In this document: piece by piece, positions 19,201 through 29,259 of the stretch
Layout: every line of letters begins with the position of its first letter
Numbering within the stretch: the first letter of the stretch is position 1
DNA from: Candidatus Buchananbacteria bacterium
GTDB taxonomy: Bacteria > Patescibacteriota > Patescibacteriia > 2-01-FULL-39-33
Assembly: GCA_030650095.1 (NCBI GenBank)
Contig: JAUSEE010000002.1
Location: 6,711 to 70,710, forward strand
Direction: 5' to 3'
Length of the DNA stretch: 64,000 nt
Position numbers and translations under genes: made by a program
The notes under the pieces: generated by a model
The model's database searches: none
The model's input: only the letters and a program-made list of their open reading frames with translations
Told to the model about the DNA's origin: nothing

Positions 19201-22200
19201 TCTGGGATTCCGGCACGGATTTGCCCAGTGTGGAAGATGACACGGTTTATGTGAGGTTAAGATCAACCGATACTTTAACTAACAGCGCTCTGTCGGCTTC
19301 CTCGGCTTTTGTTATTGATAATGTCAATCCGGTAGTTTCCAGCGTAACAGCTTCGCAAGATGCCAGCGCCAGGACTGTGACCATCGGCTATACTTTAACC
19401 GATCATAATAATTCCACAGTGGAATTGGATATTTCCGAAGACGGCGGTAGTACTTGGACTGTTACCGACAGTAGTGTAACCGGCGATGTGGGAGCTGGCA
19501 TAACTCCGGGAGCCGGTAAGTCAATCACTTGGAATGCCGGCACTGATTTTGACGATCAGTATCAAACCGATTTACAAGTTAGGATTAGGGCTACCGATAC
19601 CAAAGGCAATGTTAGCGACTGGGCCCAATCGGCTAATTTTACTCTAGACACCAAAGATCCGGTAGTCTCCAGTGTAACGGCCTCACAAGATAGCGGAGCC
19701 AAAACATTTGTTTTCCATTATGATGTTTCCGAAGATTTGGGCAATGTGACTGTAGTTTTGGCCATTTCCAGTAACAGCGGCAGTACTTATGTTGTGCCAA
19801 TTACTTCGGCTAGCGGAGATACGGGAGCTGGCATAACTTCCGGCACGGGCAAAACTATAACTTGGGATGCCGGCGCTGATTACGACGGTTTTGAAGAAAC
19901 CGACATGAAGATTAAAATAACCGCTACTGATCAATTTACCAATAGCAGCAATAACACCTCGGCTGATTTTTCACTTGATAGTTTAGCCCCCAGAGTTACC
20001 AGCGTTAGCGCCACGCAAAACAGCGGCGCCACCACAGTGGCTATAACCTATACTTTAGCCGATCAAAATAATTCAAATATTGAAATAGATATTTCCGAAG
20101 ATGGCGGCAGCACCTGGGCGGTAACCGACACCAGCGTAACCGGCGATGTGGGAGCCGGTGTGGGAGCCGGCAGTAAGACCATCACTTGGAATGCCGGCGC
20201 TGATTTTGACGAACAACAACAAAGCGATATTAGGGTGCGGGTGAGGGGAACAGATATTTATGCCAATGCCAGCGCCAATATGAGCTCATCTAATTTTTCT
20301 TTGGATACTAAAAACCCGGCAGTTAACGTGGCGGTTGATCTTTTGGCCCAGCCTAATGCCGGCGACAGCACGGTTTTAATCGGCGGTTCGTTTACTGAGG
20401 CCAATCCTAATACCAATAATTTTTATGTGGCTATAAATGGCACATTTTACGGCTCAGCCACAGCCGGCACTTCTAATACTGCCAGCCCCTCAAATCAGGC
20501 TACAGACGTGGGGACAACTTTAGACGGCAGTGATTATATCTCTCAAGTAAAAATCACTCATACCGATGATTTTGGCCAAACAGTTGATAATGAAGACACT
20601 AGTCCTAATTCAGCCTATGTTTATGTCAAACCATATACTCCTCAAGTTCCGACAGTTAATAATCCCACTGTTGGCACAGTTGATGTTTTAATCAACCCCC
20701 ATGCTTCAGAAGTATCCGGTTTGCAATACGCTATTTATGAAACATCCCAAGGCAAATATGTCCAAGCTGATGGCACTTTGGGCGCCTCGGCTGTTTGGCA
20801 GATAATGGGTACGGCTAGTGGCCAGTGGGGCAATAACACCAGTGTCAGCGGCAAAGTCAGGGTAAACGGCTTAACCGTTGATTCTTATCTTTACGCTTTC
20901 CAGGTAAAATCCAGAAATTCTTCCGATGATCTTCATGCTACTGCCAGTGAAAGCGCTTTCTCGTCTTCCGCTTCCTCTGTCAATCAATCGCCGTCAATCA
21001 GCATTACCTCTGTTTCTCAAACAACCGACGGCACCAAATATGTCACTATCAATTACACCGGCACTGATTTAGAGGGTGAAGCCAGCAGTTTAATTTCCTA
21101 CCAATATTCAACCAATAATAGCACTTGGTTTACCATGACCGAAAAAGCCGGTGTTGGCTCTGATGGCACCAGCGCTTTAACTTTCTCTTCTTCCGGCACC
21201 ACTCATGATTTTATGTGGGACGTGGGAGCTGATTTGGATAACACCGAAGACACCACGGTCTATGTGAGGTTAAGGGCCAATGATGGCACTTCCAGCGGCA
21301 ATATTGAAACTTCCAGCGCTTTTACTGTTGATACCAAAAATCCGGTTATATCTTCGGCTACCGGCACGCAGGTTGCCAGCTCTAATAATGTCACCTTAGG
21401 CTACACTTTAACTGATTTGTCCAGCGCTAATATAGAAATTGATATTTCCGAAGATGGCGGATCAAATTGGACAGTTACCGATACCAGCGTGACCGGCGAT
21501 ATCGGCTCGGGTATAACACCGGGCTCGGGCAAAGCGATTACCTGGAATGCCGGCGCTGATTTTGACGGCCAGGAACAAAGCGATATTAGATTCCGAGCCA
21601 GAGGCACGGATACTTATGGCAATCAAGGTTCTTATGCTTCCTCGGCTAATTTTTCCTTAGATACCAAAGATCCGGCAGTTTCTAATGTGAGCGCGTCTCA
21701 AAACTCCGGCGCTTCTACTATTGCTATAACTTACGATTTATCAGATGCTAATAATTCAACTGTAGAAATTGATATATCTTCAGATGGCGGCAGCACTTGG
21801 ACGGTAGGCGACAGTAGCGTGACCGGTGATGTGGGAGCAGGCGTAACTCCGGGAGCCGGCCAAACAATCACCTGGGATGCCGGCACTGATTTCTCCAGTC
21901 AAGATCAGACCGATATCAGGGTGAGAGTAAGAGCCACTGATATTTACAGCAATGCCAGCTCCAATGTGGAATCAGCTAATTTTTCTCTGGATACTTTGGG
22001 ACCTAGTATTTCCAGCGTGACGGCCAGCCAAACCAGCGGAGGCGATAATGTGGTTATAAATTATAATTTAACTGATAACAGCGCCGTTAATGTGGCCATA
22101 GATATTTCCGAAGACGGCGGATCAACCTGGACAGTAACCGATACCAGCGTGACCGGCGATGTGGGAGCAGGCGTTTCCCAAGGTTCCGGCAAAGCTATCA

Positions 22201-25200
22201 CTTGGAATGCCGGCGCTGATTTTGACAACCAAGATCAATCTGATCTAAGAGTCAGGGTTAGGGGAACTGATGCTTATACTAATTCCAGCGGTAATATAGA
22301 ATCGGCTAATTTCTCTTTGGATACCAAAGATCCGGCTACTAACTCTACAGCTAATTTAATCTCTCAACCAAACGCCGGTGATACTACTGTTTCTGTCGGC
22401 GGTTCATTTACAGAAACTAGTCCTAATACCAATGATTTCTATATGGCTCTAAATGGCGGAGCTTATGGCGCCTCAACTGCCGGCACTTCCAATAGCGCCT
22501 CGCCAACCAATCAAGCTACGGCTGCTGGCGCTACCCTAGACGGCAATGATTATGTTTCCAAAGTTAAAATTACCCATACTGATGATTTCGGCCATATTTT
22601 TGACAATGAAAATACCAGCCCGAATACATCTTACAAATATGTTAAGCCTTACACCCCACCGACACCGACAGTTAATAATCCTCAAAATACTTCAGCTGAT
22701 GTGACAATTGATAAAAATGCCTCGGAAACCAGCGGTTTGGAATATGCTATTTATGAAAATTCCACCGGACAATATGTCCAGGCTAATGGCACTTTAGGCG
22801 CTTCCGCTGTCTGGAGGCAAATTGGTACTGGTGCGGGAGAGTGGGGCGTATCTTCCGGCGTGAGCGGCAAAATAACAGTTAGCGGACTAACTTCACCGGT
22901 GGCCCAATATAATTTCCAGGTCAAATCCAGAAATACTTCTGACACATTAAACGCTTCTTCCAGCGAAAGCAGTTTGTCGGCCAGCGCCAGCATCACCAAC
23001 ACCTCGCCGGTTGTAGCTATCTCCAGTGTTGCCCAACAAACGGGCGGAGTTAATTATGTGAGCATAGATTATACCGGCACCGATGCTCAAAACGATACCA
23101 ACGATTTAAATATTTTTGAATATTCAACCGATAATTCCACTTGGTCTTCTATGACAGAAAAAGCCGGCGTCGGCTCGGACGGCACCAGTGATTTAATCTT
23201 TACTTCAGCCGGAGCCAGCTTTAATTTTGCCTGGGATTCGGCCGCTGATTTGCCCAACACGGAAGATTCAACTGTTTATATTAGACTACGTTCCACCGAC
23301 AGTTTAGCCAACAGCAATTTGGCCGCGTCCTCGGCTTTTGATATTGATAATTTAGGGCCGATAATTTCCAATGTTTCCGTTAGTCAGACGCCCAGCACCG
23401 GCAATATAGTTATAAACTATGACTTAAATGATAATACTACGGCCAATAATGCCATCACCATAGACATTTCCGAAGATGGCGGCAGCACTTGGACGGTAAC
23501 CGATACCAGCGTAACCGGTAGTGTGGGAGCCAGTATTTCTGCCGGTAGTGGAAAATCTATCACTTGGAATGCCGGCGCTGATTTTGACAATGAAGAGCAA
23601 AGCGATATGAAGGTTAGAATAAGAGGCACTGATTCTTACGGCAATGTGGGCAGTTATCAGCCGTCGTCAGACTTTTCTTTAGATACTAACAATCCGGTTG
23701 TTTCGGCAGTTAGCGCTTCACAAGGCGTTGGCAGTTCTGATGTGACGATAAATTATACTTTAACTGATGGTACGAGCGCCGGTCATTTGGTAGAAATAGG
23801 CTTATCCAGTGATGGCGGAGTCAATTGGAATGTCGCCACTTCCAGCGTTAGCGGCCATGTCGGCTCGGGCCAAACAACCGGTTCTAAATCGTTCACTTGG
23901 GAGGCGGGCACCGATTTTAGCAGTGAAGAGCAATCAGATATGAGGGTTAGGATTAGATCAACGGATTATTATGGCAATGTCAGCAGTTATGCCAGTTCGG
24001 CTAATTTCTCTTTAGATACAGCTAGTCCGACTATTTCCAATTTAGCCGCCAGCCAAACGGCCGGTGGCAGTAATGTCGCTATTGATTATGATTTGGCTGA
24101 TACCAGCGCCTCTAATTTAACTCTGGAAATTGATATCTCCGATAATGGCGGCAGCACCTGGACAGTTACCGACACCAGCTCCACCGGTAATATCGGCGCC
24201 AGCCAAACAACCGGCTTAAATAAAGCTATCACTTGGGCAGCCGGCACTGATTTAACCAATCAGGAGCAAAACGATATCAGAGTGCGACTGCGAGCCACAG
24301 ATACCTATGGCAATATCAGCAGCTACTTTGAATCATCTGATTTTGCGGTTGATACGGCCGGCCCGATAGGTCTTAGCGCTTTGTCTAAATTCTCTTCTAC
24401 TGATACCACCATTACTTTAAACTGGTCGTCAGCTGTAACTGATGCCAACTTTGACCATTATGAAATCTGGCATGGCTCAAACGCCAGTGATGTTGATGGC
24501 AGATCGGGCACGGCTGCTAATTGGGATCAAACAGATGATGCCAATTTAACTAATATTAATACGATTTCTACGGTTGTTACCGGTCTTAATGTAACTGGTA
24601 ATTATTATATGAAGATTTGGGCTGTTGATGATTATGGCAATGAAGTAACTATAGCTGCCATTAATGTCTTTGAAGCTCCGGCAACTCCAGAAGCTACAGT
24701 CACGCCAACCGGCGGAGGAGCCCCGGCAGAAATATTAACTCCGGATTTAGTGCCTCCGGCTTCACCTATTTTAAGCTCGGTTAATAGTCCGACCAATTCT
24801 ACTAATATTAGTATATCCGGCTTGGCTGAACCTCGATCCGTTGTGGACTTATACGATAATAATCAATTAATCGGACGCTTAATTTCGTTAACCAGTGGCA
24901 ATGGGCAATTTGAACAGAATTTCGCCTTTACTGAGGGCTCGCACGTCTTGACCGCCCGAGCTACTGATGCCGCCGGCAATGCCAGCGCCTTATCGGATCA
25001 ATTGATTTTAATAATTGATCAAACTCCGCCGGCTGCTCCGATTGTCTTGGTGCCTGATAATAATTCGGAAGTGAGTGACGCCACGCCTCAAATTATCGGC
25101 GTCAGTGAACCGCTAGCTGCTATTACCGTTTTAATTGATAATACCACCTCGCTTACTACCTTGGCCGATAATAACGGCGCTTGGAATTTGATTTTGCCCT

Positions 25201-25826
25201 CTGCTTCCGCCTTAACTGATGGCAGCCATAGCTTTGCTATCACTGCTACCGATTCTGCTGGCAATCTGGGTCCATCAACCGCGCTAGCGGTTACTAAAAT
25301 ATTTTCTCCTGTGACTGTTGAGGAAATTACGCCTCCTGTTGCCCCCTCAATACCGCTACCTTCTGGAGCCGGCATTACCGAAATAATTGAATCAACAGAA
25401 CTTCCAGGTATTCAAGTGCCGGAAGTTGTCCAGACAGCTGCCGTGGCCACCGAAAATAATATCCTCGCTTTTAGCGGAAAATCATTGCCTAACAAAGATG
25501 TAGTTGTTTATATCCATAGCGCTCAAGCTTTGATTTATCAAACCAGAACAGACAAAAATGGCAATTGGACCATAAATCATTCCCAAGATATTATAGAATT
25601 AACTCCCGGCCAGCATTCAATTTTTGCGGTAACCGTTGATCCAGTGGCTAAGGTTAAAAGTTTCCCCAGTGAAGTTAAATTATTTGAAGTCAAAAGAAAC
25701 TTTTTTGCCCTGCTCTTCAATTTGCTTAATATCCAAACCACCGCTTTAGTTTTGGGCATCACCCTAGTGGTTATCTTCTGGCTCTACCGCATAAGAAAGA
25801 AAAACTTAGCCTTAGCTGAGGCTTAA
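16254..25826 (+). CDS. Giant (3190 aa) Ser/Thr-rich repetitive surface protein, putative adhesin
   Basis: N-terminal hydrophobic segments, ~110-aa beta-rich repeats with SxDGGSTW, FN3/Ig-like C-terminal domains, C-terminal TM plus basic tail. Confidence 0.88.
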   Translation: MSERWLNLFLKLSGFIFNTKQKVVKADNWVMVIPHVLVIIVFELGFAIISLPMYLIVSPKAVQERGFIFPMGEGEKSDKKDVIRVYTARRRISLTTGAGAGTFFVLKILLIVFTSLYLLGAQKLLAATQDWTFDTAGDYTYDSAKIEVTGGVGRLKNIGSATSGSTTNSAFTSDATDWTYADWLNNAGASGAYSSTGGNTGGNVQITLSSAKNKTTAGLYRQSFTTTVDSPDTATLNLDWSSISYSVPAPFDTYQLYAFIDTASGDPTLGQQVWSSGEITGTTAWASSATIDITSKVPTADTYYLKIVAYHDTPGTTGTYTTVAGFDNVVVNWSKTTVLYASDRPTINPTTSLSNEFVTTWDSFTETATKNGGEIYYQLSNDDGATWQYWNGSAWATAGASNYNTGSVINTNISTFGVTNHKIRWKAYLESNGSQQVILDNVNIGYTENDPTHVQNLSPAQNTTSGLMHVNYELKDDQSDPASLVVYEYSLTGAFSGEQTTMTASTTDASHNGVSGLSSSPTGVAHTFVWDAQTQIGAIYDASVYVRLRGSDGINVGDHTTSTAFAVDYVVPVVTNVSASQVSGSTNVTITYDLADDTSDNLLVELGISNDGGSTWVVPTVTASGHVGSGVTAGTGKSITWNAGTDYDEHQQSTMQVRVRAKDKYQNQGSYASSANFTLDTLNPVTNATSNLQAQPNAGDTTVSISGSFTEANPNTNDFYAALNGGAYSSATAGASDTVTPGTQSTAVGVTLDGNDYISGVKITHTDDFGQATDNENTSPNTAYKYVKPYTPQAPTLDNPVTTRLDLTINPHASETSGLDYLIQETTSGNYVQADGTLGASEVWQVMGTGSGQWGNNTSVSGKVRITGLSSPVANYIFKVKSRNNSDTAHAASSESAFSSTAQITNTAPSIALGSVAQTTDGTRYVPVNYTGTDGQGDLNDITVYEYSTDNSAWNTMTEKSGVGSEGLADLVFLSGGSAHNFVWDSGTDLPSVEDDTVYVRLRSTDTLTNSALSASSAFVIDNVNPVVSSVTASQDASARTVTIGYTLTDHNNSTVELDISEDGGSTWTVTDSSVTGDVGAGITPGAGKSITWNAGTDFDDQYQTDLQVRIRATDTKGNVSDWAQSANFTLDTKDPVVSSVTASQDSGAKTFVFHYDVSEDLGNVTVVLAISSNSGSTYVVPITSASGDTGAGITSGTGKTITWDAGADYDGFEETDMKIKITATDQFTNSSNNTSADFSLDSLAPRVTSVSATQNSGATTVAITYTLADQNNSNIEIDISEDGGSTWAVTDTSVTGDVGAGVGAGSKTITWNAGADFDEQQQSDIRVRVRGTDIYANASANMSSSNFSLDTKNPAVNVAVDLLAQPNAGDSTVLIGGSFTEANPNTNNFYVAINGTFYGSATAGTSNTASPSNQATDVGTTLDGSDYISQVKITHTDDFGQTVDNEDTSPNSAYVYVKPYTPQVPTVNNPTVGTVDVLINPHASEVSGLQYAIYETSQGKYVQADGTLGASAVWQIMGTASGQWGNNTSVSGKVRVNGLTVDSYLYAFQVKSRNSSDDLHATASESAFSSSASSVNQSPSISITSVSQTTDGTKYVTINYTGTDLEGEASSLISYQYSTNNSTWFTMTEKAGVGSDGTSALTFSSSGTTHDFMWDVGADLDNTEDTTVYVRLRANDGTSSGNIETSSAFTVDTKNPVISSATGTQVASSNNVTLGYTLTDLSSANIEIDISEDGGSNWTVTDTSVTGDIGSGITPGSGKAITWNAGADFDGQEQSDIRFRARGTDTYGNQGSYASSANFSLDTKDPAVSNVSASQNSGASTIAITYDLSDANNSTVEIDISSDGGSTWTVGDSSVTGDVGAGVTPGAGQTITWDAGTDFSSQDQTDIRVRVRATDIYSNASSNVESANFSLDTLGPSISSVTASQTSGGDNVVINYNLTDNSAVNVAIDISEDGGSTWTVTDTSVTGDVGAGVSQGSGKAITWNAGADFDNQDQSDLRVRVRGTDAYTNSSGNIESANFSLDTKDPATNSTANLISQPNAGDTTVSVGGSFTETSPNTNDFYMALNGGAYGASTAGTSNSASPTNQATAAGATLDGNDYVSKVKITHTDDFGHIFDNENTSPNTSYKYVKPYTPPTPTVNNPQNTSADVTIDKNASETSGLEYAIYENSTGQYVQANGTLGASAVWRQIGTGAGEWGVSSGVSGKITVSGLTSPVAQYNFQVKSRNTSDTLNASSSESSLSASASITNTSPVVAISSVAQQTGGVNYVSIDYTGTDAQNDTNDLNIFEYSTDNSTWSSMTEKAGVGSDGTSDLIFTSAGASFNFAWDSAADLPNTEDSTVYIRLRSTDSLANSNLAASSAFDIDNLGPIISNVSVSQTPSTGNIVINYDLNDNTTANNAITIDISEDGGSTWTVTDTSVTGSVGASISAGSGKSITWNAGADFDNEEQSDMKVRIRGTDSYGNVGSYQPSSDFSLDTNNPVVSAVSASQGVGSSDVTINYTLTDGTSAGHLVEIGLSSDGGVNWNVATSSVSGHVGSGQTTGSKSFTWEAGTDFSSEEQSDMRVRIRSTDYYGNVSSYASSANFSLDTASPTISNLAASQTAGGSNVAIDYDLADTSASNLTLEIDISDNGGSTWTVTDTSSTGNIGASQTTGLNKAITWAAGTDLTNQEQNDIRVRLRATDTYGNISSYFESSDFAVDTAGPIGLSALSKFSSTDTTITLNWSSAVTDANFDHYEIWHGSNASDVDGRSGTAANWDQTDDANLTNINTISTVVTGLNVTGNYYMKIWAVDDYGNEVTIAAINVFEAPATPEATVTPTGGGAPAEILTPDLVPPASPILSSVNSPTNSTNISISGLAEPRSVVDLYDNNQLIGRLISLTSGNGQFEQNFAFTEGSHVLTARATDAAGNASALSDQLILIIDQTPPAAPIVLVPDNNSEVSDATPQIIGVSEPLAAITVLIDNTTSLTTLADNNGAWNLILPSASALTDGSHSFAITATDSAGNLGPSTALAVTKIFSPVTVEEITPPVAPSIPLPSGAGITEIIESTELPGIQVPEVVQTAAVATENNILAFSGKSLPNKDVVVYIHSAQALIYQTRTDKNGNWTINHSQDIIELTPGQHSIFAVTVDPVAKVKSFPSEVKLFEVKRNFFALLFNLLNIQTTALVLGITLVVIFWLYRIRKKNLALAEA

Positions 25827-25848
25827 AATTTAATTCGAAATTAAACTA

Positions 25849-25877
25849 AACCCATCTTGGCATAAAAAGATGGGTTG
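25849..25877 (+). terminator. Hairpin after giant gene, probable terminator
   Basis: AACCCATCTT...AAGATGGGTT; weak U-tract. Confidence 0.5.
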
Positions 25878-25942
25878 AGTTGTAAAATTGCGCCTTTTTT
25901 GTTAAAATATGTCATATATTCATAATCACAATTTAATAAAAT

Positions 25943-26692
25943 ATGAGTTTACTTTTATGGATTTTGGCTAGCACTGTAGCAGTTAGTTTAATATCACTAC
26001 TGGGAGTTTTAGTCCTGGTTTTCAAAGACGACATTTTAAAAAAAATAGTTTTGTGGCTGGTGGCTTTTTCGGCCGGCTCTCTTATTGGTGGAGCTTTTTT
26101 ACACATGATTCCGGAAGCCATAGATAAGTTTAAGGGCAACTCCATTATTTTCGTTTGGGTCATAATCGGCTTTTCCATTTTTTTCTTTTTAGAACAATTT
26201 ATTCATTGGCATCATTGCCATAATTTGCAGTGCCAACATCAAGAATACACCAAGCCCACGGCTTACTTGATACTTGTAGCTGATGGTTTGCATAATTTTA
26301 TAGACGGTTTGGCTATTGCCGGCGCTTTTATCGTTGATGTAAGATTGGGCCTTATAACGTCTATAGTTGTCGCCACGCATGAAATTCCCCAGGAATTGGG
26401 CGATTTTGGCGTTCTCATACACAGCGGTTGGAAAAAAAGCCGAGCTTTGTTGTTTAATCTTATTTCCGGATTGACCGCCGTACTAGGCGGTTTGGTCGCC
26501 TTTTTTCTGGCTCAGACTATTAATGTTGATTTTTTATTGCCCCTGGCTGCTGGCGGCTTTATTTACATCGCTTCCTCTGACCTGATACCGGAAGTAAAGC
26601 ATAATGAAAAAATCAGCACCAGTATAATCCATCTGGCTGCCTTTGTTTTAGGTATACTGTTAATTGCCGTTGTCGGTTTACTAGAAAAATAA
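25943..26692 (+). CDS. ZIP-family metal transporter
   Basis: DGLHNFIDG, HEIPQELGDF, His/Cys-rich loop. Confidence 0.95.
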   Translation: MSLLLWILASTVAVSLISLLGVLVLVFKDDILKKIVLWLVAFSAGSLIGGAFLHMIPEAIDKFKGNSIIFVWVIIGFSIFFFLEQFIHWHHCHNLQCQHQEYTKPTAYLILVADGLHNFIDGLAIAGAFIVDVRLGLITSIVVATHEIPQELGDFGVLIHSGWKKSRALLFNLISGLTAVLGGLVAFFLAQTINVDFLLPLAAGGFIYIASSDLIPEVKHNEKISTSIIHLAAFVLGILLIAVVGLLEK

Positions 26693-26697
26693 ACAAC

Positions 26698-26964
26698 ATG
26701 AAAATATTAAAAATCGGCGCCGATTGGTGTCCCGAATGCATTATCATGAGGCTGCGTTTCACTGAAATTGAAAAAGATATGCCGGATTTACAAACTGAAT
26801 TCATTGATATAGACAAAAATCCAGAAATAAAAAAAGCCAGGAACATAGAAGATATTCCCACTTTTATTTTTTTGGATAAAAACGGACAGGAAATCTTAAG
26901 ATTACAAAAATTAATTGAAAAAGAAGATCTGATTAAAATAATAAAAGAAAATTATGATAAATAA
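26698..26964 (+). CDS. Thioredoxin-family protein
   Basis: ADWCPEC and IPTFIF. Confidence 0.88.
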   Translation: MKILKIGADWCPECIIMRLRFTEIEKDMPDLQTEFIDIDKNPEIKKARNIEDIPTFIFLDKNGQEILRLQKLIEKEDLIKIIKENYDK

Positions 26965-28183
26965 AATATTGGCTAAGATAGTTATTTTAAGCTTTTTAGG
27001 CTTGTCTTTTTTGGCAGCGTCTTTTCCGGCGAAGGCGGCGGAAAAAATAGAAATTAATTTTTTTCATAGCAAAACCTGCCCCGTTTGCATCCAAGAGGGC
27101 CAGTTTTTGAACCAGTTGTCAGTAGATTTTCCTGATGTGATTATTAACCGTTACGACGTGGCCGAAACAGCCACCATCTCTAAAATAGAAGATTTTTATA
27201 AAAATTATAATGTGCCCCAAGAGAATTGGGGATTAGTACCAGCCACCTTTATCGGCCAGCAGGCTTATTTGGGGTTTAGCGAAAAAACCGGCATTATCAT
27301 GAGGGAGCAGATAAGCAAATTAGCCAAAGGTGAAAATGGCGGTTCGGGCACCGAACTTTCCAATACTACCTTTGAACAACAAATAACTGATCAATTAGAT
27401 GTCCTAAAGCAAAGAAAGATTAAGATTCCGTTTTTAGGCGAATTGCAAATAGCCGGATTGTCTCCTTTTAATCTTAGTTTAATGGTTGGGGTATTAGACG
27501 GATTCAACGCTTGCGCCATGGTGGCGCTGGGAATACTTATGGCCATTTTAATTTCTACCGGCAATAGGAAAAGAGTGATACTGATAGGTGGCACGTTTAT
27601 TTTGGTGTCCGGTTTGGTTTATTATATTTTTATTGCGGCCTGGCTTAATGTTTTCCTTTTCTTGGGTTATATCAAAATAATAACTTACATTATTTCCGCT
27701 TTTATAATTTTATTCTCTTTTTTCCTGTTAAAAGATTATTTCAATAATATTATCTGCAAGATATGCAATGTAAAAAACGATCGGCCGGATGGATTTTTAA
27801 CCAAATTTCAGAAATATTTATTTGCTAAGGCTAACAAGACGGTTTCATCGGATATGCCCCTCGTCCTTATGCTACTGGGGGTAGCGGTCGTGGCTGCGGG
27901 CATAAATATTATTGAATTGTTCTGTTCTTTAGGCTTTCCTTTGGCTTACACCAAAATATTAGCTTCCCATAATTTGCCAACCTATCAATACTATCTGTCC
28001 CTCTTAGTATACATATTCTTTTACATGCTGGATGATCTGCTTATTTTCCTGATCGCCGTTGTTACTTTAAGGGTAACAAAAGTTTCCGAGAAGTATTTAA
28101 AATTCATTAAATTAATCAGCGGAGTTGTTTTATTAATCTTAGGTTTTATCATGTTGTTTAAGCCGGAAATCCTGACTTTTTAA
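26954..28183 (+). CDS. Exported thioredoxin/glutaredoxin domain fused to CcdA-like membrane domain
   Basis: Signal peptide, CPVC, then about 6 TM with DGFNAC and ELFC. Confidence 0.8.
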   Translation: MINKILAKIVILSFLGLSFLAASFPAKAAEKIEINFFHSKTCPVCIQEGQFLNQLSVDFPDVIINRYDVAETATISKIEDFYKNYNVPQENWGLVPATFIGQQAYLGFSEKTGIIMREQISKLAKGENGGSGTELSNTTFEQQITDQLDVLKQRKIKIPFLGELQIAGLSPFNLSLMVGVLDGFNACAMVALGILMAILISTGNRKRVILIGGTFILVSGLVYYIFIAAWLNVFLFLGYIKIITYIISAFIILFSFFLLKDYFNNIICKICNVKNDRPDGFLTKFQKYLFAKANKTVSSDMPLVLMLLGVAVVAAGINIIELFCSLGFPLAYTKILASHNLPTYQYYLSLLVYIFFYMLDDLLIFLIAVVTLRVTKVSEKYLKFIKLISGVVLLILGFIMLFKPEILTF

Positions 28184-28254
28184 TATGATTGCGTTTTTTC
28201 CGTCTTAGGAGTAAAATTATATATATTTAAAAACTGATAAATAACTAATAATTT

Positions 28255-29148
28255 ATGTTTAAATTATTCAAAAGAAACGAGAACGAGGAGGAGAATCAGA
28301 AGTCTAATCTTATTCGCGGATTGGTCTATGGCTTGGGCGGCGCTTTGATTATTGCCATCATTATTTTACTTATTATTTTCGGAGGAAAAATAACCGATAA
28401 GATAGGCGGTAAAAATAATAATACCAATACTAATAACGCAGCTGGTGTTGATGCGCCTAAATTAAGAATCACAGTGGTGACCTCTAAAAATTGCGAAGGA
28501 AAATGCTTTGATATCAATCTTTTCCTGGATGCTCTTAGGCAAAACGGTATTCAAGAAGTGGGATTGGAAACAGTTAATATAGAAGACAGCCAAGGCAAAG
28601 ATTTGGTTGATAAATATAAAATCGAAAAAGTTCCGACAGTCTTGATCTCCGGCGAATTGGATAAAAATGCTCAATTAGCCCAGGCTTGGACAGCTTTAGG
28701 CGAGATAATTGATAATGTCTTCGTTTTCAGAAAATTAATACCTCCTTATATGGAAGTCGCCACCGGCAATGTAAGGGGTAATTTCTCCTTGGTTTATCTA
28801 ACTGATCAATCTTGCACCGGTTGCTATGATGTCAAACTTCATGACACGGCTTTGGGTAATTTGGGCCTAGCCACTAAAGATGGCAAATTAGTTGACGTCA
28901 GTTCAGATGAGGGCAAAGAATTAGTTAAGAAATACTCTATTTTATCTGTGCCGACAATATTAATTAGCGGTGATTTAGCCGAATATGCCGGTTTGCAGCA
29001 AATTTGGCCTCAAGTGGGTGAAATAACCGATGATGGGACTTATATTTTTACCAAAATGGATGAAATGGGCAGTTACATGGATTTGAAAACAGGCAAATTA
29101 GTAGAAGTTGCTCCGCCAGCAGCCCCAGCCACAACGCCAACTCCATAA
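28255..29148 (+). CDS. Membrane-anchored protein with two thioredoxin-like domains
   Basis: TM, CEGKC and CTGC, duplicated GK.LV.KY.I..VPT.LISG.L. Confidence 0.7.
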   Translation: MFKLFKRNENEEENQKSNLIRGLVYGLGGALIIAIIILLIIFGGKITDKIGGKNNNTNTNNAAGVDAPKLRITVVTSKNCEGKCFDINLFLDALRQNGIQEVGLETVNIEDSQGKDLVDKYKIEKVPTVLISGELDKNAQLAQAWTALGEIIDNVFVFRKLIPPYMEVATGNVRGNFSLVYLTDQSCTGCYDVKLHDTALGNLGLATKDGKLVDVSSDEGKELVKKYSILSVPTILISGDLAEYAGLQQIWPQVGEITDDGTYIFTKMDEMGSYMDLKTGKLVEVAPPAAPATTPTP

Positions 29149-29182
29149 ATCATTCGAATATTTTATTTATCTCTAGTTATAA

Positions 29183-29208
29183 TAAAAGGCGGTTAAACCC
29201 GTCTTTTA
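29183..29208 (+). terminator. Intrinsic terminator
   Basis: TAAAAGGCGG...CCGTCTTTTA. Confidence 0.65.
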
Positions 29209-29221
29209 TGTTTTTTAAACA

Positions 29222-29250
29222 TTGATTTGCCTGGCCAATAATGATATTAT
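29222..29250 (+). promoter_or_regulatory. Sigma70 promoter of rsmI
   Basis: TTGATT-17-TATTAT with TG extension. Confidence 0.55.
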
Positions 29251-29259
29251 ATGGATATT

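Noticed and set aside
17166-25762. Antisense and nested ORFs within the giant gene and other long genes
   Set aside because: Shadow frames with no recognisable motifs or initiation signals
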